The position numbers and the translations under genes are program-made. From Sphyrna mokarran (lineage: Eukaryota), in assembly GCA_024679065.1 (NCBI GenBank), contig JAGIQG010000009.1, positions 42,346,001 through 42,410,000 on the forward strand: DNA of 64,000 bases, written 5' to 3'. Under the pieces are notes generated by a model that saw only the letters and a list, made by a program, of their open reading frames with translations, was not told the origin of the DNA and searched no databases. Of this stretch, positions 11,400 to 25,345 are shown piece by piece. Each line of letters opens with the position of its first letter. Position 1 is the first letter of the stretch.

Positions 11400-11675
11400 T
11401 AATCTTAGTCACTAATAAAGTTACTATGAAAATCCTTTTGTCACTAGACTCTGGCACCTGTTTGGGTACATTGAGGGAAAATTTAGCATGGCCAATTCAT
11501 CTAACCTGCGCGTCTTTCAGAGTGTGGGAGGAAACTGGAGCACCTGGAGGAAACCCCACACAGCAACGGAGGAAACATGCAGACTCTGCAGAGACAGTGG
11601 CTCAATCCGGGAACTGAACCCGGATCTCTGGCGCTGTGAGTCACAGTGCTAACTACTGTGCCACCATGCCACCCG
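11400..11675 (-). mobile_element. V-SINE with non-CR1 tail
   Basis: Head ggtggcatggtggcacagtagttagc and V-domain. Confidence 0.85.
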
Positions 11676-14249
11676 GAAAGGTGCAGAGAATTGGTATTGG
11701 TGATCAAATGATAACAGTGGAGCAGACATAAATGATTATTTATGTTTCAGTCCTTCCATTTGTTATATTTGTGGAAAAGTCAACAACATAACTGTCGGCT
11801 TAAAATTGAGCTAAACGATTCTGTTCTTCCAGCAATGATCCCCAGATAATCAAAAGGGCGTCAAAATGAAAGTGGATTGCAAAGTTGTTTAATTATTTCT
11901 GCTTGCACATGAAATCCATCTTTCTGATTCAATTTTATTTGTTGCTTTTTTCAATGTAACCTGCTGTATTGTTCTACAACTGAAATTCATATTTTTTTAT
12001 TGCAGTATCTGCTTCTGATTTCAAGTTGGAAGAATGTTTTTTTTAAATATAATCAATAAACTGCACTTAGGAGAAACCTCGTTATACTGGGTTATGCAAT
12101 TCGTTCAAACTCATAGAAAAATCACCTCACAAAAAAACAAGCAATTTATGCTAGTGAATTACAGAATTGAACAAAGTGGAAATATTTGCAAAAACCACTT
12201 GTTATGTTAGTGATCATCTTTGGTAGAAAAAATGCTCTGGAATCAGTCAATTTCTCCCTTTTGCCTTTGTGGATTCTATTCAGATTGTGCATAGGTGAGA
12301 AAATGAGTACGTATCCCACTATAGCTTGATGATTAGCCACTTGGAGGTGCACAAATGTTACCCACACTTCCGTCAATTCCACAGCTCTCTCCTAACAGAT
12401 TTCAACTTTTTCAAAATCTAGCAGCGAAACTCTGCTCCATACTCAGCCTCCGTCACTTCACCTGTGTTGTCAACTCCCAATATTTCCATATTTTCCAACA
12501 GCCATAACTCCTTGTTGCTCGGCCCAGCTCCAAAACGAGTCACAAAACTTCAATCTAGTTGATTGTTCAACATATGTTAAGAGTAACAAGCTGCTGGGTG
12601 GTATATATGACAGAATTCGTCCTCAAGGCTCAGTGCATCCACATCTAGGATGGGCTACCCAAGGCAGATTTTATCTATGATAGGTTCTATACGACCTGAA
12701 TTGGTCACAAGATTGGGTGAGGGACATTGCTTCATATAGTGATATGTTGTCAACCAAATGAGCTACTTTTTCCTGATGTGCTGGTTGAGAAATCTGCCAA
12801 TGGGATCTCTACTACAAACACCACATATAATACACATTGGAATTCCTGTAGTTCCACACGCTATAAGATCAGTCTTATTGACATCCATGTAAATCAGGCC
12901 CAAGCCATTAGCTCACCATTAAAGATTGATGCTGAAATCAGGCACATTAAGGTGGGCTGAGGGATTAGTACTACTGAACTGAGAAATACCACTTTTTATT
13001 GTGCCCACCCCAGCCATCTCCACATCATGCTGTAAAATAATGACTACCCTGATTACATCACTGCTTACTGTATATCATGCCAACACATGAATGGGCCCAA
13101 AGCCACTACATTTGGTCATGAAAATGGCCCAGTTCACCAAAATTTTGAGTGACAGGTTTCACACTGCTACTATGCAATAGCAACACAAGTGGTATTGTCC
13201 ACAAACAAAATACTGCTTTCAAGCTAAAAAGATGTTCTGCCTTTCACACAAATGAATGTGGTATTTAATTTCAGTGCTGGTGTGTTGCCATGATAGTAAC
13301 ACCATGTCCCTTCAGTTGTTTGCAACTGGCAAAGTATTGACCCTAACCAATAAGCTCCCTACTTGCAAAATTCAAAACATCATGTCCAACATTAGGTATA
13401 ATTCTGTGATTGGACAACACTCTTTAAGCAATCCTGATTTTGCTAAGAATTATACTGACAACCAATTTAAGATTTTCAGTAGGACTTGGAGTGTGGCACA
13501 ATTACGCGTACTAGGAGCTATATATTCACAAAAAGGGCCCTGCCATTTGTAGACAAAAAGAGCATGTCCACATATTGCACTTTTTTCAATTAAATAAAAA
13601 CTTGGCGGACAGCCATTCCTTGATTTATTCCCCAGAGCAATGCCTTGAACAATCAATATCAATCTACCTGCTTTGAATGTAAACAAAAACTTGGCAGTTA
13701 ACTGTTGCCTGGTGCATTCTCCACAGCAAAACCTCAACCAGAGTCCACTTGCCAATCAATCAGCACTCTCTTCTGATGCAATGTAAATTGTTGTTCCATT
13801 TACAATTAGTATTCTTGCAAATCTGATCCGATGAGTGTGGGATGAAACATTTCAATAGATGCAATTCAACTTCAATTCCAGAGCATGTGGCCTGGACAGC
13901 TGAAGGCTTTGTTAATGTTGCAGGCAATGGTGGTGCACAAGAGGCCAGTGACAGAGGACCAGCACATTCTGGAGCTGGCATAAGGTTGGAAAGTTCTAGG
14001 GATCATGATGGTAATTTGAGGCATTGGGAAACTGAAAACTAAGTTAAATCTTTGGGGAAAGGAGTGAGACTTGTGAAAGTTAGGATAGAAGAATTTCAAT
14101 ATCTACAGTGTACAGAAGTGGAGAATGAGAGGTTGGCCAAGAAAACATTAAAATAGTTAAATATAATGACAATAATAGCATTGCCAAGGGATCTAGCATT
14201 GGATGGCTATAGGTAGAAGTGGAACAGGCAATGTTATGTTGATTGTTTG

Positions 14250-14645
14250 GCAAAATTGGGACTGTCTTTCTTGGAGAGGAGAAAGTTGAGAACAGACTTA
14301 ATAAAGGGATTTTATAAAGAGTATGGACAGAACAGATAATGAGTACCCATAGATGGGAAGATCAAGAATCAGAAAGCATAGATTTAATTAACTGGCAAAA
14401 GAAGCATTAGCAGCATGGGGAAAAGCTTTCCTGTGCAGCAAGGTGTGATCTGGAAGACACAATTTGTAAGTGTGCTGGAGGCAGATTCAATTAGGATATT
14501 CAAGAAGATATTGGATTATTATTCAAAAGGGGAGAATGCGCAGGCTTATAGAGAAAAGGGAAGTGATTGCTATTTCAGACAGCAAAAACAGACATGAATG
14601 GTCAAACGACTGTCTTCTGTGTCCTCTACAGTCATTCTACAATTC
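14250..14645 (+). mobile_element. Old CR1 3' fragment
   Basis: ttgggactgtctttcttggagaggagaaagttgaga resembles LGLFSLERRRLRG; decayed tail. Confidence 0.65.
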
Positions 14646-16809
14646 TAAATCACAATGGATGCAACAGATAGCCATTAATGATGAGGCCAATGTGGGGTTG
14701 AGATTTAGTTTGAAGTCAGATAACATGTGGAGGCTACTAGCAAGGATACTGATGGCCAAAAATAATTGAGTTGTTCCTTCCAATATTTAGCTAAAGAAAT
14801 TGTAGTTCAGCTACAACTGAGTTCCAAACAAGCAGTCTAATAACACGGCAGCAGCAAAGAGATTGACGAAAGTGGGCAAGTTGAGTTTCGTTGAAATTCA
14901 TATGAAAGTAGACACCATCACAGGGCATAATTTTAATTCACACAAAACTCATTCACTTACACAGAATTAAAATCAGGTCCTGTGCCTGCAAAATGAGGCT
15001 TTTAGAGTTGCTCTTGCAGAAAGCTGGCACTGATGAGATGGGCTGAATGGTGTCCTTGTCTGATGTAATCATTCTACGATTCTAGGATTTCTGAAATCAA
15101 GACTTGCTTCACGCTTGACAAGAATTGGTTTTGTTTCTTTTACCTGGAGCATCATAAAAAGATTTTGTTTCCAGATAGATATTATAGCTATTATATCATT
15201 TGGTTCTGAAAACACAGACAGGCTTACAGAGGCACTTTGCTAAGCTTCAGAAGACCACATTGAGAAGTAATTTTTTTTACACTTTGGCAGTAAATTGCAA
15301 ACTGACGTGTGGCAAATGGACATAAACCTTTGCAGCTGATGTTATGTCAACAATGAAAGCTGTAAAAACTCAATTTGGGTATTTTTGTTTGGAGATTACA
15401 TTGTTAATTTTGTTTTTAAAAATTACCAAATAAAATGACTTCTTAAAAGAGGGAGAAGAATGACAAAGAAAATGTTTCTTTCTTCTGATTCATACTGCTT
15501 GCATTTTTCTTTCTTTTAAAAAATATACAATGCTGTGCAAGTGCTCCCTCTGGTACCAAGCTGTGTTGGGGGTTGGGAAAGAGGGTCAAACTACAAGCTC
15601 ACTTTTGGTAACATTCCCAGAACATATGGGAAGATATGGCTCCACAAAGCTACGTGAAACAGATGTTTAAAGAACTAATGCTAACAGACCAAAAAACGTG
15701 CAAATAGAATCTAAGGAACTGTACACAATAAATCCAGTCCCAGGGTCTTTCTGCAGTGCCATGAGAGTGCCTTAGAGACATGTAGCATCGCTTGGAAAAA
15801 TAGCAACATCCGTTCACTCTGCTCTGCTGTACTCAGTTGAAATATGCACAATGTCCCATTATTATTGAATCATTATCTGGCTATAGCTCTGACAGAAGCA
15901 TCATATGGGCTATGAAAGACTCCTTTCTTTTCATGATTAGCCTTTAAAACATTTCCTCATGTTACAGTCCTTTACAGCCTCCCAGAATGCGCTGCTAAAT
16001 TACAGTGCTGAAATTAACTGTATGCCGTTGTGATTTTATGATAAATAAAGGGGAATTGAGCCAGTCTGACCCAGTATGCGTTTAACTCTTCACTGAACAT
16101 TTAAATATAAAGCGTAGCCACTCAGGGAAACTTTAAGAAATCATTGCCTTGAATGAATAAAAGGATTCCAAATGTTTGTTAATAAGTAATGAACACATAT
16201 ATAACAAAAAATATTCCAACCCTTGCAATCATGAAAACTATTCCTTTATTTGCACACTTTGTGCCTTTTGTTGCTAAACTAATTCTAGCTTCCATCTTCA
16301 ATCTGCAACACAAACATTCTAGCACATCTGCAGACTTCTGATGGGCTGTAAAAGATAATCAAATTTTACCCCAGGTGTCATCTGGATGAGTGAAATATAG
16401 AACTCTTAACATATGCTATATCTTGACCCCACAAAAAAATGGAAGCGATCTTTCATGATTGGAAGAAATTTGATAGAGGAACGCAATTACCTCCACCATT
16501 TCCTGCTTCCTTTCCAGCCCGAGCGTGTCCTTTTCCAGTTACTTCCCTTCATGGTTTCACACATTCCCCAGTCATGCCCCTTCTCTGCCACGCTCCTCTT
16601 GGTTTTCATCTTTTCCAATGTTTGCACATGTGTTTAAATTATTTAAGAATATTCTTGAAACCAATATTTTTCCAGCCACTTTGTAATGCTTATGAGGAAT
16701 TTCTCTTAAAAACATCTCAAGTGGAGTGTTTCATATTTGAGCTTCCATAAAATAAAAACATCACAGAAAGACCTGTAGGGCCTAGATCTTTCCAGGCCTT
16801 TTTTTAAAA

Positions 16810-17250
16810 TTCATTCATGAGATGTGGGTGTTTTTGGCTCGGTCAGCACTTTTTGTCCATCCATAATTGCACTTGAGAAGGTGATGGTGAGCTGCCTTTT
16901 TTAATCGCTGCGGTCCCTGTGCTGTTAGGGAGAGTGTTCCAGGATTTTGACCCAACAACATTGAAAGAATGGCGATATATTTCCAGGTCAGGATGGTAAG
17001 TAGCTTGGAGGAGTATTTCCAGATGGTGGTGTTCACATGTGTCTGCTCCTCCTGTCCTTCTAGATGTTAGTGGTTGTGGATTTGGAAGGTACTGCATAAG
17101 GAACCTTTATAAGTTCCTGTAGATGGTGCACACAGCTGCTACTGTGCATTGGTGGTAGAGGGAGTGATTGTTTGTGAGTCAAATGCCAATCAGTGTGCTG
17201 CTTTGTCCTGGATGCTGTCAAGCTCCTTAAGTGATGCTAGTGCTCCAAGT
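16810..17250 (-). mobile_element. CR1-clade LINE 3' end
   Basis: RHSFNVVGSKSWNTLPNS C-terminal motif, then aaggcagctcaccatcaccttctcaag...catctcatgaatga tail. Confidence 0.8.
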
Positions 17251-18504
17251 GGAAACAACAGTCAATAATCAACAGCCAAACTACATTAGCTTAGCACATG
17301 GACCCTGCTGAGATACAGATATGCATAAGATTCAGTAAAAGAGCTGTGGGTTGAGTGAAGTTTGGCAAGTGTAAACTTGGAACAAGTTGACAGATTCAAT
17401 TTTCATGCATATGCCAGTTACCTGGTACATGATACTGCTGCTTAGTCTTACCTCACCAGACTTTTTTTAAAGCGAGCTGTCTTTTCCCATTTCTGCTTCC
17501 AGGCACAATAAGTAGGGTTGAGTTTTGCCAACACCTTCTCCTCAGTGCAATGTACTGCTATCAAGGTCACCAATCCTTCTACATTGCTGTAGATTCTCAA
17601 GGAATTAAAGATCAATCTTAGAAGAATAGTGGCCCGTTAAAAAAAAATCAGAGGTTGGAAATAGGCAATTTGACGAAACCTCCCGGAATACCTCTGCTAA
17701 GTTTTAGCAATTAAACAGTTATTTGTTGGGGAGTATGATCTGACATGCCTCATTGTCACATCATGTGCTCCGCACTGCGCTGTCCTTTCAACTAAGTAAA
17801 TCATTCATTAAACCCTTGCTGTCTATATTTTCCAAAGCTGAAATTCAAAGGCTGAGCATTAAAAGAGGTGCCAACATGGTTTTCCACCATAAACAGCCAC
17901 TTACCTCCATGCAGACGTATCCCTTTAATTTGGAGCAGTGGGGCCCCTTCATTACACAATTAAACAAGTTCCACCTCCACAGGGAGCGCAAGTAAATTAT
18001 TAAAAATAGCTGAACTTGTGGAATCTGGCGATACCAATCAAGCAGGACAGCATGATCAGTAAAGTGGTTCTCCTAGGTCAAAGTTAACTTATTACACTTG
18101 GGGTTTGCTGAATCCTACACAATTAGCAACCACACGATCTTGAAATTGGCCCTTTTTTATTGTATAAAGTAGCCAGAATACTCACGTTAACTTTGTGGGA
18201 AAATGCATCAGCAAGCATGGGTTGTAAGGACCATAACCCAGGTTCAACCCACAATCGACACCAAGTTAGCTGATAGAAGCTCACGCTGACTGCCCAATGC
18301 ATTGCAAAGTAGAAAGGGAAAAGGAATAAGTAGCTCTGCAGGCTTTAAGTACTTCAGCCACAAAACAGGGATAACTTCAACTCTAGTCTCAAATACCATT
18401 AATTATGAAGCTGAATATCGAAATTTGGGAACAAGGGGCAGCTTGCAATGGGGAAGCTTATCCTGAGATTTAGCAACCTAACTTAAATAAGACTTGATAG
18501 TTTT

Positions 18505-18660
18505 TCCCACAGTCTGAAAGACATGCTGGGTAGGTGCAGTGGCCATGCTAAATTCTTCCTTAGTTTACCCGAACAGATGCCAGAGTGTGATGGCCAGGAG
18601 ATTTTCACAATAACTTTATTGCAGTGTTAATGTAAGCCTATTTGTGACACTCATAAATGA
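18505..18660 (+). mobile_element. 5'-truncated V-SINE with non-CR1 tail
   Basis: ggccatgctaaattc...gcagtgttaatgtaagcctatttgtgacac. Confidence 0.8.
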
Positions 18661-19929
18661 ATGGTTATTAAAGTAAGCTTGCAGTCTATCAGTTCCGATG
18701 CAAAGATACCTTCCTACACCCTGGTTTGTCTAATTATTCCAGGATAGAATGTATCAATAAAATCTCAATTTAAAAAAACTTTGAAAGACAGTAAAATAAG
18801 CTGATTAACCCAGTCAGCCCTCAAAATGCCCTTGTTGCTCTATGAAAATGGAACATTGGAAATCCATTCCAGTTATCAGCCAAGTCTGCCAAACTATACA
18901 TTATAAATGAAAGTTTTATAACCCACAATTATCATGCAGTTTAAAGGTTAGCATTACAGTGTGATTTTCAAATGCTATTTAGAATCATAAAACTTGCAGC
19001 CCTCTTTTGAAAAAAAAGGTCAGTTCAAGAGAAAAGAAGGATCTCCCCCCCGCCACCTCCGCCCCCAGTATATCAGAATTGGGGATTAAAAACTCCCTCT
19101 TGTTATGAGTGAGTGGAGAATTTTCAACCCCCATATGGGAGTCAGGGAAACAAGGCTGCTATGCTGCATCTTCAGTGGCCAGAAATGAAAGTGCTCATTC
19201 ATAGATTCCAAAAGCCAACAGTGCCAGAGTCCTGCACACTTGTGCCAGCCTAATAATATTCTCAAATACTTTCCGGGTTGGGCAGAGAATAGCATGAGCA
19301 GCGGAAGTTCTATCAAAGCATGGGATAATATCCCCCCAAGTACAAGAGTACAACTGCGTGGAATTTTTGTTTAAGTTTTGTTGACAAGTTCATTCAGTAG
19401 CAGATATTTCTATGCCATGCTGCTGAATATAATATGTATATTGGCATCATGGTGCAAACAAAAAATGATTAGTATTGCTGTAAATGTACCAGGCAAAAAT
19501 GAAGACCTTGCTCATGTTAACTTAGCCTTCAGCCCGAGGAGTCATTGAGTGATGTCCAAAATGCTGCTCAATTAAAGCTTATTTTATAAAACGCAGCTTT
19601 TAGATTATTATGGAATATTCTTCAGACAGGGTCACAAGTGCCATTTATATAAATCACAGTATAAAATACAATTTGTATTTCATAGCTCTCCCTCATACCA
19701 TATAATAGTAAAAAAGGACAATCTAATTTTTGCCACCAGATGTCTCTAGCTCACTGCACAAGTAACACACAATAGAGTGTTTTCAAATTAAATTGAAGAC
19801 ATCCAGTGGCAGCTAAAAAGACAAGGGACCAGTTCTCAGATCCTTTTCACTGCAACAGCAAAGCATTCCACTTAGACATGCTAAACTTGCTTTCGTGTGT
19901 AATTCTACTGTTGTACTGTTCAAGTTTCT

Positions 19930-20365
19930 ACTCAGTGGTCGGAGTTTTGCCTCTGGGTTAAAACAGGGTTAGTTCAAGCTCAATCCCAATGCTTTTGCAC
20001 AAAATCTATGCTGACATTTTAGTAGAGTACGGAGGGAGTGCCACATTGTCAAAAATGCTGACTTTTAGATGAGGCAATAAATCAAGGTCCCATCTGTTTT
20101 CTCAGGTCAACAATCAAGATTCCATAGCACTTGTTCAGAAAAGAACAACTTGTTCATCTTCTGGCCAATACAAACCTTTCAACCAGTAGTGTGCAAAACA
20201 GATGAACAATTCATTCATCTCATTGTTATCTGTAGGACTTTGCTGTGTACAAATTGGTTTCCACACACGAACATAAAATAACAATGACTGCATTTCAAAA
20301 GGTACCTCTTTGGCCATGAAACCAAGGGACATTCTGAAAGCACTGTATATAACAAATGCTGTTTC
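19930..20365 (+). mobile_element. SacSINE1/DeuSINE-like element
   Basis: Deu-domain-like gtacggagggagtgccacattgtcaaaaatgctgacttttagatgagg. Confidence 0.7.
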
Positions 20366-21529
20366 ACTCACACTCATAGCCAATAAGCAAATCGTGTATT
20401 TTTAAATAACCTTCAGCTGCAGATGACCAAGCAAAATCTTTTAAAATTAACAATAGAACATGTGCAATTTATGCCAGCTTAGTTCTCTGGGAAAGAACTT
20501 TATTTAGTACTGGAAAGGAAAGTATAATTAATTCTACTAAGGGAATATGCTGGCGTGCCTAGCTACCAAGAATGAAGCTTTCTGCTTGTAAACTCCTGGG
20601 ACTGACTTTTTGTTTTCAGGACAGGGGTAGACATCAGAACATTGTGGGGGCAGAAGGAGGATTAAAAATGGTAAAGATCGTCAGCATCAGCACAATGGCC
20701 TTACTAGACTTATTGGCTACCTGCCACTAGTGGGCAAGTAGTCATCATACCTCCCTCCCAACCAGCCTCTTCGAGAAGAGTCCCAAGATGGAGACATGCT
20801 AGCAAATCTGATTGGCAGTAGGAAATTGCTAACATGTCCTTCCCTATATGTAATTTCGCAGCCCTTCCAAAATGCAGTGCCTGAGGGTAAGGGACGACTG
20901 AAGCTGCTTGTACCCAGGTTAAAAGACCTGAGGGCTTTTCTCATTTTCTATACTTGTGCGGCAACTAAATAAAATGACCAGATCTCCTGTGCTTGTGCTA
21001 ACTAGGAGCAAGAGATCTTGAGTACTGTATTGCAGTGATGTTCAGTTGCTGAGATGGAATTTTGCTTAACCTTATCTAACACATTAAAGCCACTGTTGAG
21101 TTATCTCCAACGGGAAAGATATCTAAACCCATTCTGAACTGAATTCAAGTTTCACAGTTGAAGTTAATTGTCAGCTACTTGAATCATCCCACTTACTGCC
21201 ATTGACAAGAGGCAAAAATACTGAGGTCACAAATACCCGCAGGATTGACTTCCATAACTAATACATGGGATGTCAGAGTGTGACAGGTGTGCACTGCACA
21301 TACAAGGCCAACACACTTACTTAGAATAGATTACATATCATCTCACTCACTATGAGCAATGTTACAGGAGATCTGCCAGTAAGACAAAAAAAACTATAGG
21401 CATCATTCTCAAGGCTTTGTCATGACCAGTACTGATACAGATCATTTGTCTACAATCACATCATAATTATCTCAAAGTAAAAGGTCAATTAAAATAGACA
21501 ATGGCCAACACTTGCCAGCTGTTCATACT

Positions 21530-21700
21530 GATGGGATTTCCCGGTACTGCCAACAGTGCATCCCTGCTCCGGGTTTCATGGTGGTGAAGGGGAAACCCTG
21601 TTGACAATGGCAGAACTAGAAGGTCCCGCCATCAGTCAATGGTAGGGCTGCCCCCTGCTGAAATAAACCACGTGGTGGATTGCATGGCAAATCTCCACCC
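21530..21700. mobile_element. GC-rich MITE, Harbinger-type
   Basis: gggatttccc ... gcaaatctccaccc termini; GC-rich island. Confidence 0.45.
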
Positions 21701-22884
21701 AACATGTTCAAAGTCAATCTTGCATGTTACTTGACTCTCAACTTCATAATCAAGTGGACTGAGATACACTTAAGCTGTCCAGGAAATCTGGGCCAACAAA
21801 TAACAGTGATTTACTGTACCTAAACCAGATGGCAAATTTCCTGAGATTGGCGGGTGTGGGTAGCACTGTTTTTGCTTTATTCAGGCACCAATAATGGGAG
21901 TGCCACTTGGAATCTTTATTTTCAATACTAAAACTCGTTACTACGATAACAACTGTGCTCCTTAAACTAAAAACTGAAGGCCAGCACTTTAAATAAACCA
22001 GTTATTCCAAAAACTTTCTGACCTCCCCATAAATGTAACTCTCAGGCGCAGAATTATAGGTTCAAACCTAGGGCAATCATATAATTTTTAAGTGGTTAGG
22101 TGTCCAGAGGAAGGCTCTCCCTTACAGCCACAGCTTTCAGCCTGTGCTTAGGTCCTCTCTTCAACCACTACTTGTGGTTTTACACAGCCACAGGATCGCA
22201 GTGACACGAAGGCATAGAATCGCTCCCCATAAAAAGAAAAAGTTAGCCAAAGTGCAGTAGTGGCACACAGCCAATGGAGACTGCTGTAAAGAGGTGTTGC
22301 CAGTCTCAGCATCCACAAACTATATATCAGTAACCCTCAATTACATATTTTGTAAACCACTTCTTTAAAAACATAACTGAAAGAAAATTGCAGTTTGCCA
22401 ACATCCGATTCATGAATCTGGTCTGCTGTTGCCACCTATACAGTAACACCACATGCAATTCATATTCAAACAAAAATAATAATCAAAATAATATACGAAC
22501 TCCACAGGTAGGAGTAGTAGTGATGTGGCCTGTGTGCACTGCTGAAACTGGGCCAGCAGAAAAACATGCTGGTCCAGAACACATAGTTCAAGATGGAGGA
22601 TGCCAGTGACCCTGGAACACCATAGCAATAGAGCAGGCCTATTTTCTTCCTTCAGGAGATCGATCTTCTTTCTTCAGCAGTGGGTCAGTGATCTCCAGTG
22701 CATTTTTAACAAAGCACAACAGCAGATTGTGCACCTTCAAGCTCATCCTGCCATGGATAGTGGTACAAAATCGCCAGGTGCCTAATTAATTATGAAGAGG
22801 TGGACGATATGGGGTAGTTTCCCGCCAGCCTCCGCAGCAGGAAACTGTCCCCATTTTACCACAGGACTTAGCCCAGGTTGGGTG

Positions 22885-23052
22885 AATTCCATCCAGATTA
22901 TCTGGTCAGTATCGCACTTCTGTCTACAGCAGTTTGCTGTGTGCAAGTTCGCTGCCATGTTTCTTAAGTGGCCATAGTGAGCATACTTCAAATGTAGTTA
23001 ATTGGCTGCAAAGAATGACGGTCATAAAAGGCGCTACATAAATGCAAGTCTT
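22885..23052 (+). mobile_element. SacSINE1/DeuSINE-like 3' part
   Basis: ttgctgtgtgcaagttcgctgcc...aaaggcgctacataaatgcaagtct. Confidence 0.7.
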
Positions 23053-23053
23053 T

Positions 23054-23730
23054 GGCCGGGAATTCACGTCAGGCAAGTTTGCCATTGGGAGTGGAAACTA
23101 TTGCATGAATACATGATACGATTGTCCCCTCCCCTGGTCTGTGCTGGGGCATGTTTCCTGACATTTAATGTTGGGAACCTCTTTTGAATATATTAATATG
23201 TAATTACCTGAACTGCATGCCAAATCAGCCCTCCCCCACCATCAGAAAATCCCTCCATGGTCGTGTGACAGCTGACTGGCTTCCGAAAGTGTGCACCTGG
23301 GAAGCAGATTTCTCAGAGGAGTTTAGGTGAGTGCAGCATTCATGGGGGAGGAGGGCTATACCTCCATAGTACCCTGGTACTACCTGGGCATTTCCATCAC
23401 TGCCTTGGCATGAACTAGGAAGTGCTCAGATACTGCCAAAGAATGTGCCTGGGGAGAAGGGGAGGGGGGCATTACTACTATTAACTGATTTGGCTGCTGT
23501 GCATTGGGACGGCTTTTAAAAATGGCACCTCAGATCCTCAAGTTGCTGATGGGATGGGCAAATCAGAGACTGCCCACCCACTAACAAGCGATATGCATTG
23601 TGGGACCCGTTACTTCAGTTTTCGTTTTCTATGTCCCATTCTAAAAGACTGAGGAAGCCTCCATTGCCATCAGCGGCTTCAACACTAGTTTTTCCACCTC
23701 TGCCTACACCTGAGAAAAATCTTACCCTTC
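23054..23730. mobile_element. Decayed GC-rich non-autonomous DNA transposon, Harbinger-like
   Basis: Starts ggccgggaattcac, contains ttttaaaaatggcac, ends gaaaaatcttaccc. Confidence 0.45.
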
Positions 23731-25124
23731 CTCTTTTTAACTGACAATCTGAAAGCATTACACTTAGTGCATATTTGAGAACTCAGCAACGTATACAAGA
23801 CTAAGGAAGTATACAAAGATCAATTTTGGCAAATTTTGAAGGCTGCATTTAATTTATTTAAAACCAATCATTATTGCTCTCACCCCAACATTTATATTAT
23901 GTCATCCTCTTGTTTCTCCCATGCTTCCAGCATCTCCTATTTTTAGATTTGATTAGTTCTACCCATGTTACTAGAAAATCTTCAACCTTTTGAAATGCAT
24001 GTCATTTCATATCAATGGACAGATTTTTCTGTGCCAACTAGTAACTTTATGTTCAGGCAGCAGTGACTCCAGAAAGTCTGCTTCTTCTCCCAGGGATATA
24101 GTCTGAAGCATACCGTCCATTTCTCCTCCCCCATCTGTCCCCTATATACCTAGCTGGGGCCTCTGCATTCTGAACAACGGTTGAGTGCAATGCCTAACAT
24201 TGAACTGGTGACTGTCTTAGTGACACAGAGAAAGTTGATGCTGTTGCTGTGAATTAAATCAGGAGGATTTCAGATTATTAATAACATAAATACCACTTCG
24301 GCAATATTTTGAGATAGTAAATCTTAATACCAAGTTATTAATGAGTCTGAAAACATTGTTCCATGTACCACAACAGTCAGATGGTTCTTGGGAGAAGATT
24401 AACCCAAACATTTTAAATTCCCAAGGTTAAAACTCTCAGAAATTTCTGCCTACTTTTGTAGTTCTCTAGATTCGAACACTCATCAGAAATAAACTTTGGG
24501 ACAAAACATTTAACATTCAAAATATTCAGCGACTATGAAAGGTACAAATATTCAAAGTAGAAAAATGACTGTACCAAATTTCCCAACAATTCATTAGCTT
24601 TTAATTTGTAACCACAGATAGCCAAAGGAAAATCATTTTTGTTATATGAGAACTCATAGCAAGGCAGTTATTAGATTTGCACTAAATATTAAAGGAATCA
24701 TAACTGTTGTATCTAAGCCTCAATTGCTGTTGATGTGATGAACAGCAGGAATTTTTTGTGATACAATAAAATAAAGATGTGATTTATAAAATTATTCCCT
24801 TCTGTAAATGTTCTATCTAAGGAACGATTTTGCCAGTTTGTGGGTGACTGAGATTCACAGCACAAAAATGTGATCATAATTTAACACAAATTGGGACTAA
24901 ATTACTAAAATCTGAAAGTACATGCGGTGGCTATAATGATGAATGGAAATGGCACCCACATTGATCCCTCTTAATAACGAGTTGCCAAGAAGCTCAAAAA
25001 ATAGAAAAATATGACATAGAAGGAATTATTGTGAAGAATATCATTCATGATCGCATTGCCCACCCACATGCTGAGAAAAAGTTAAAATTTCAATAGTCTC
25101 TTGATAGCACAGAACTTGAATATT

Positions 25125-25345
25125 GTTGATAAAAGAGTCATGCTGTTGAAGCTTTTCATCTTTAACCCATCAGGACAGATTTGCAAGAATATCAAATCTC
25201 AAATGGAACAATCATTTATACTGTATGTGCAGAGGGAACTGATTGGTTGGCAAGGACTCTGATTGGTAGAGGCCTGAGAATGCATCGCACATACTGCACA
25301 GTAAAAGCTGTCCTGATACATACACGATGAAAACATTTGACAGGT
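25125..25345. mobile_element. Penelope-terminus-like remnant with two inverted hammerhead-like motifs
   Basis: Minus: ctgtc-CTGATGG-gttaaagat-GAAA-agcttc-aacag. Plus: ctgtc-CTGATAC-atacacgat-GAAA-cattt-gacag. Confidence 0.5.

Noticed and set aside
17451-17635. Open minus-strand frame ending at a GAG|gtaaga donor
   Set aside because: No good acceptor and no recognisable peptide.
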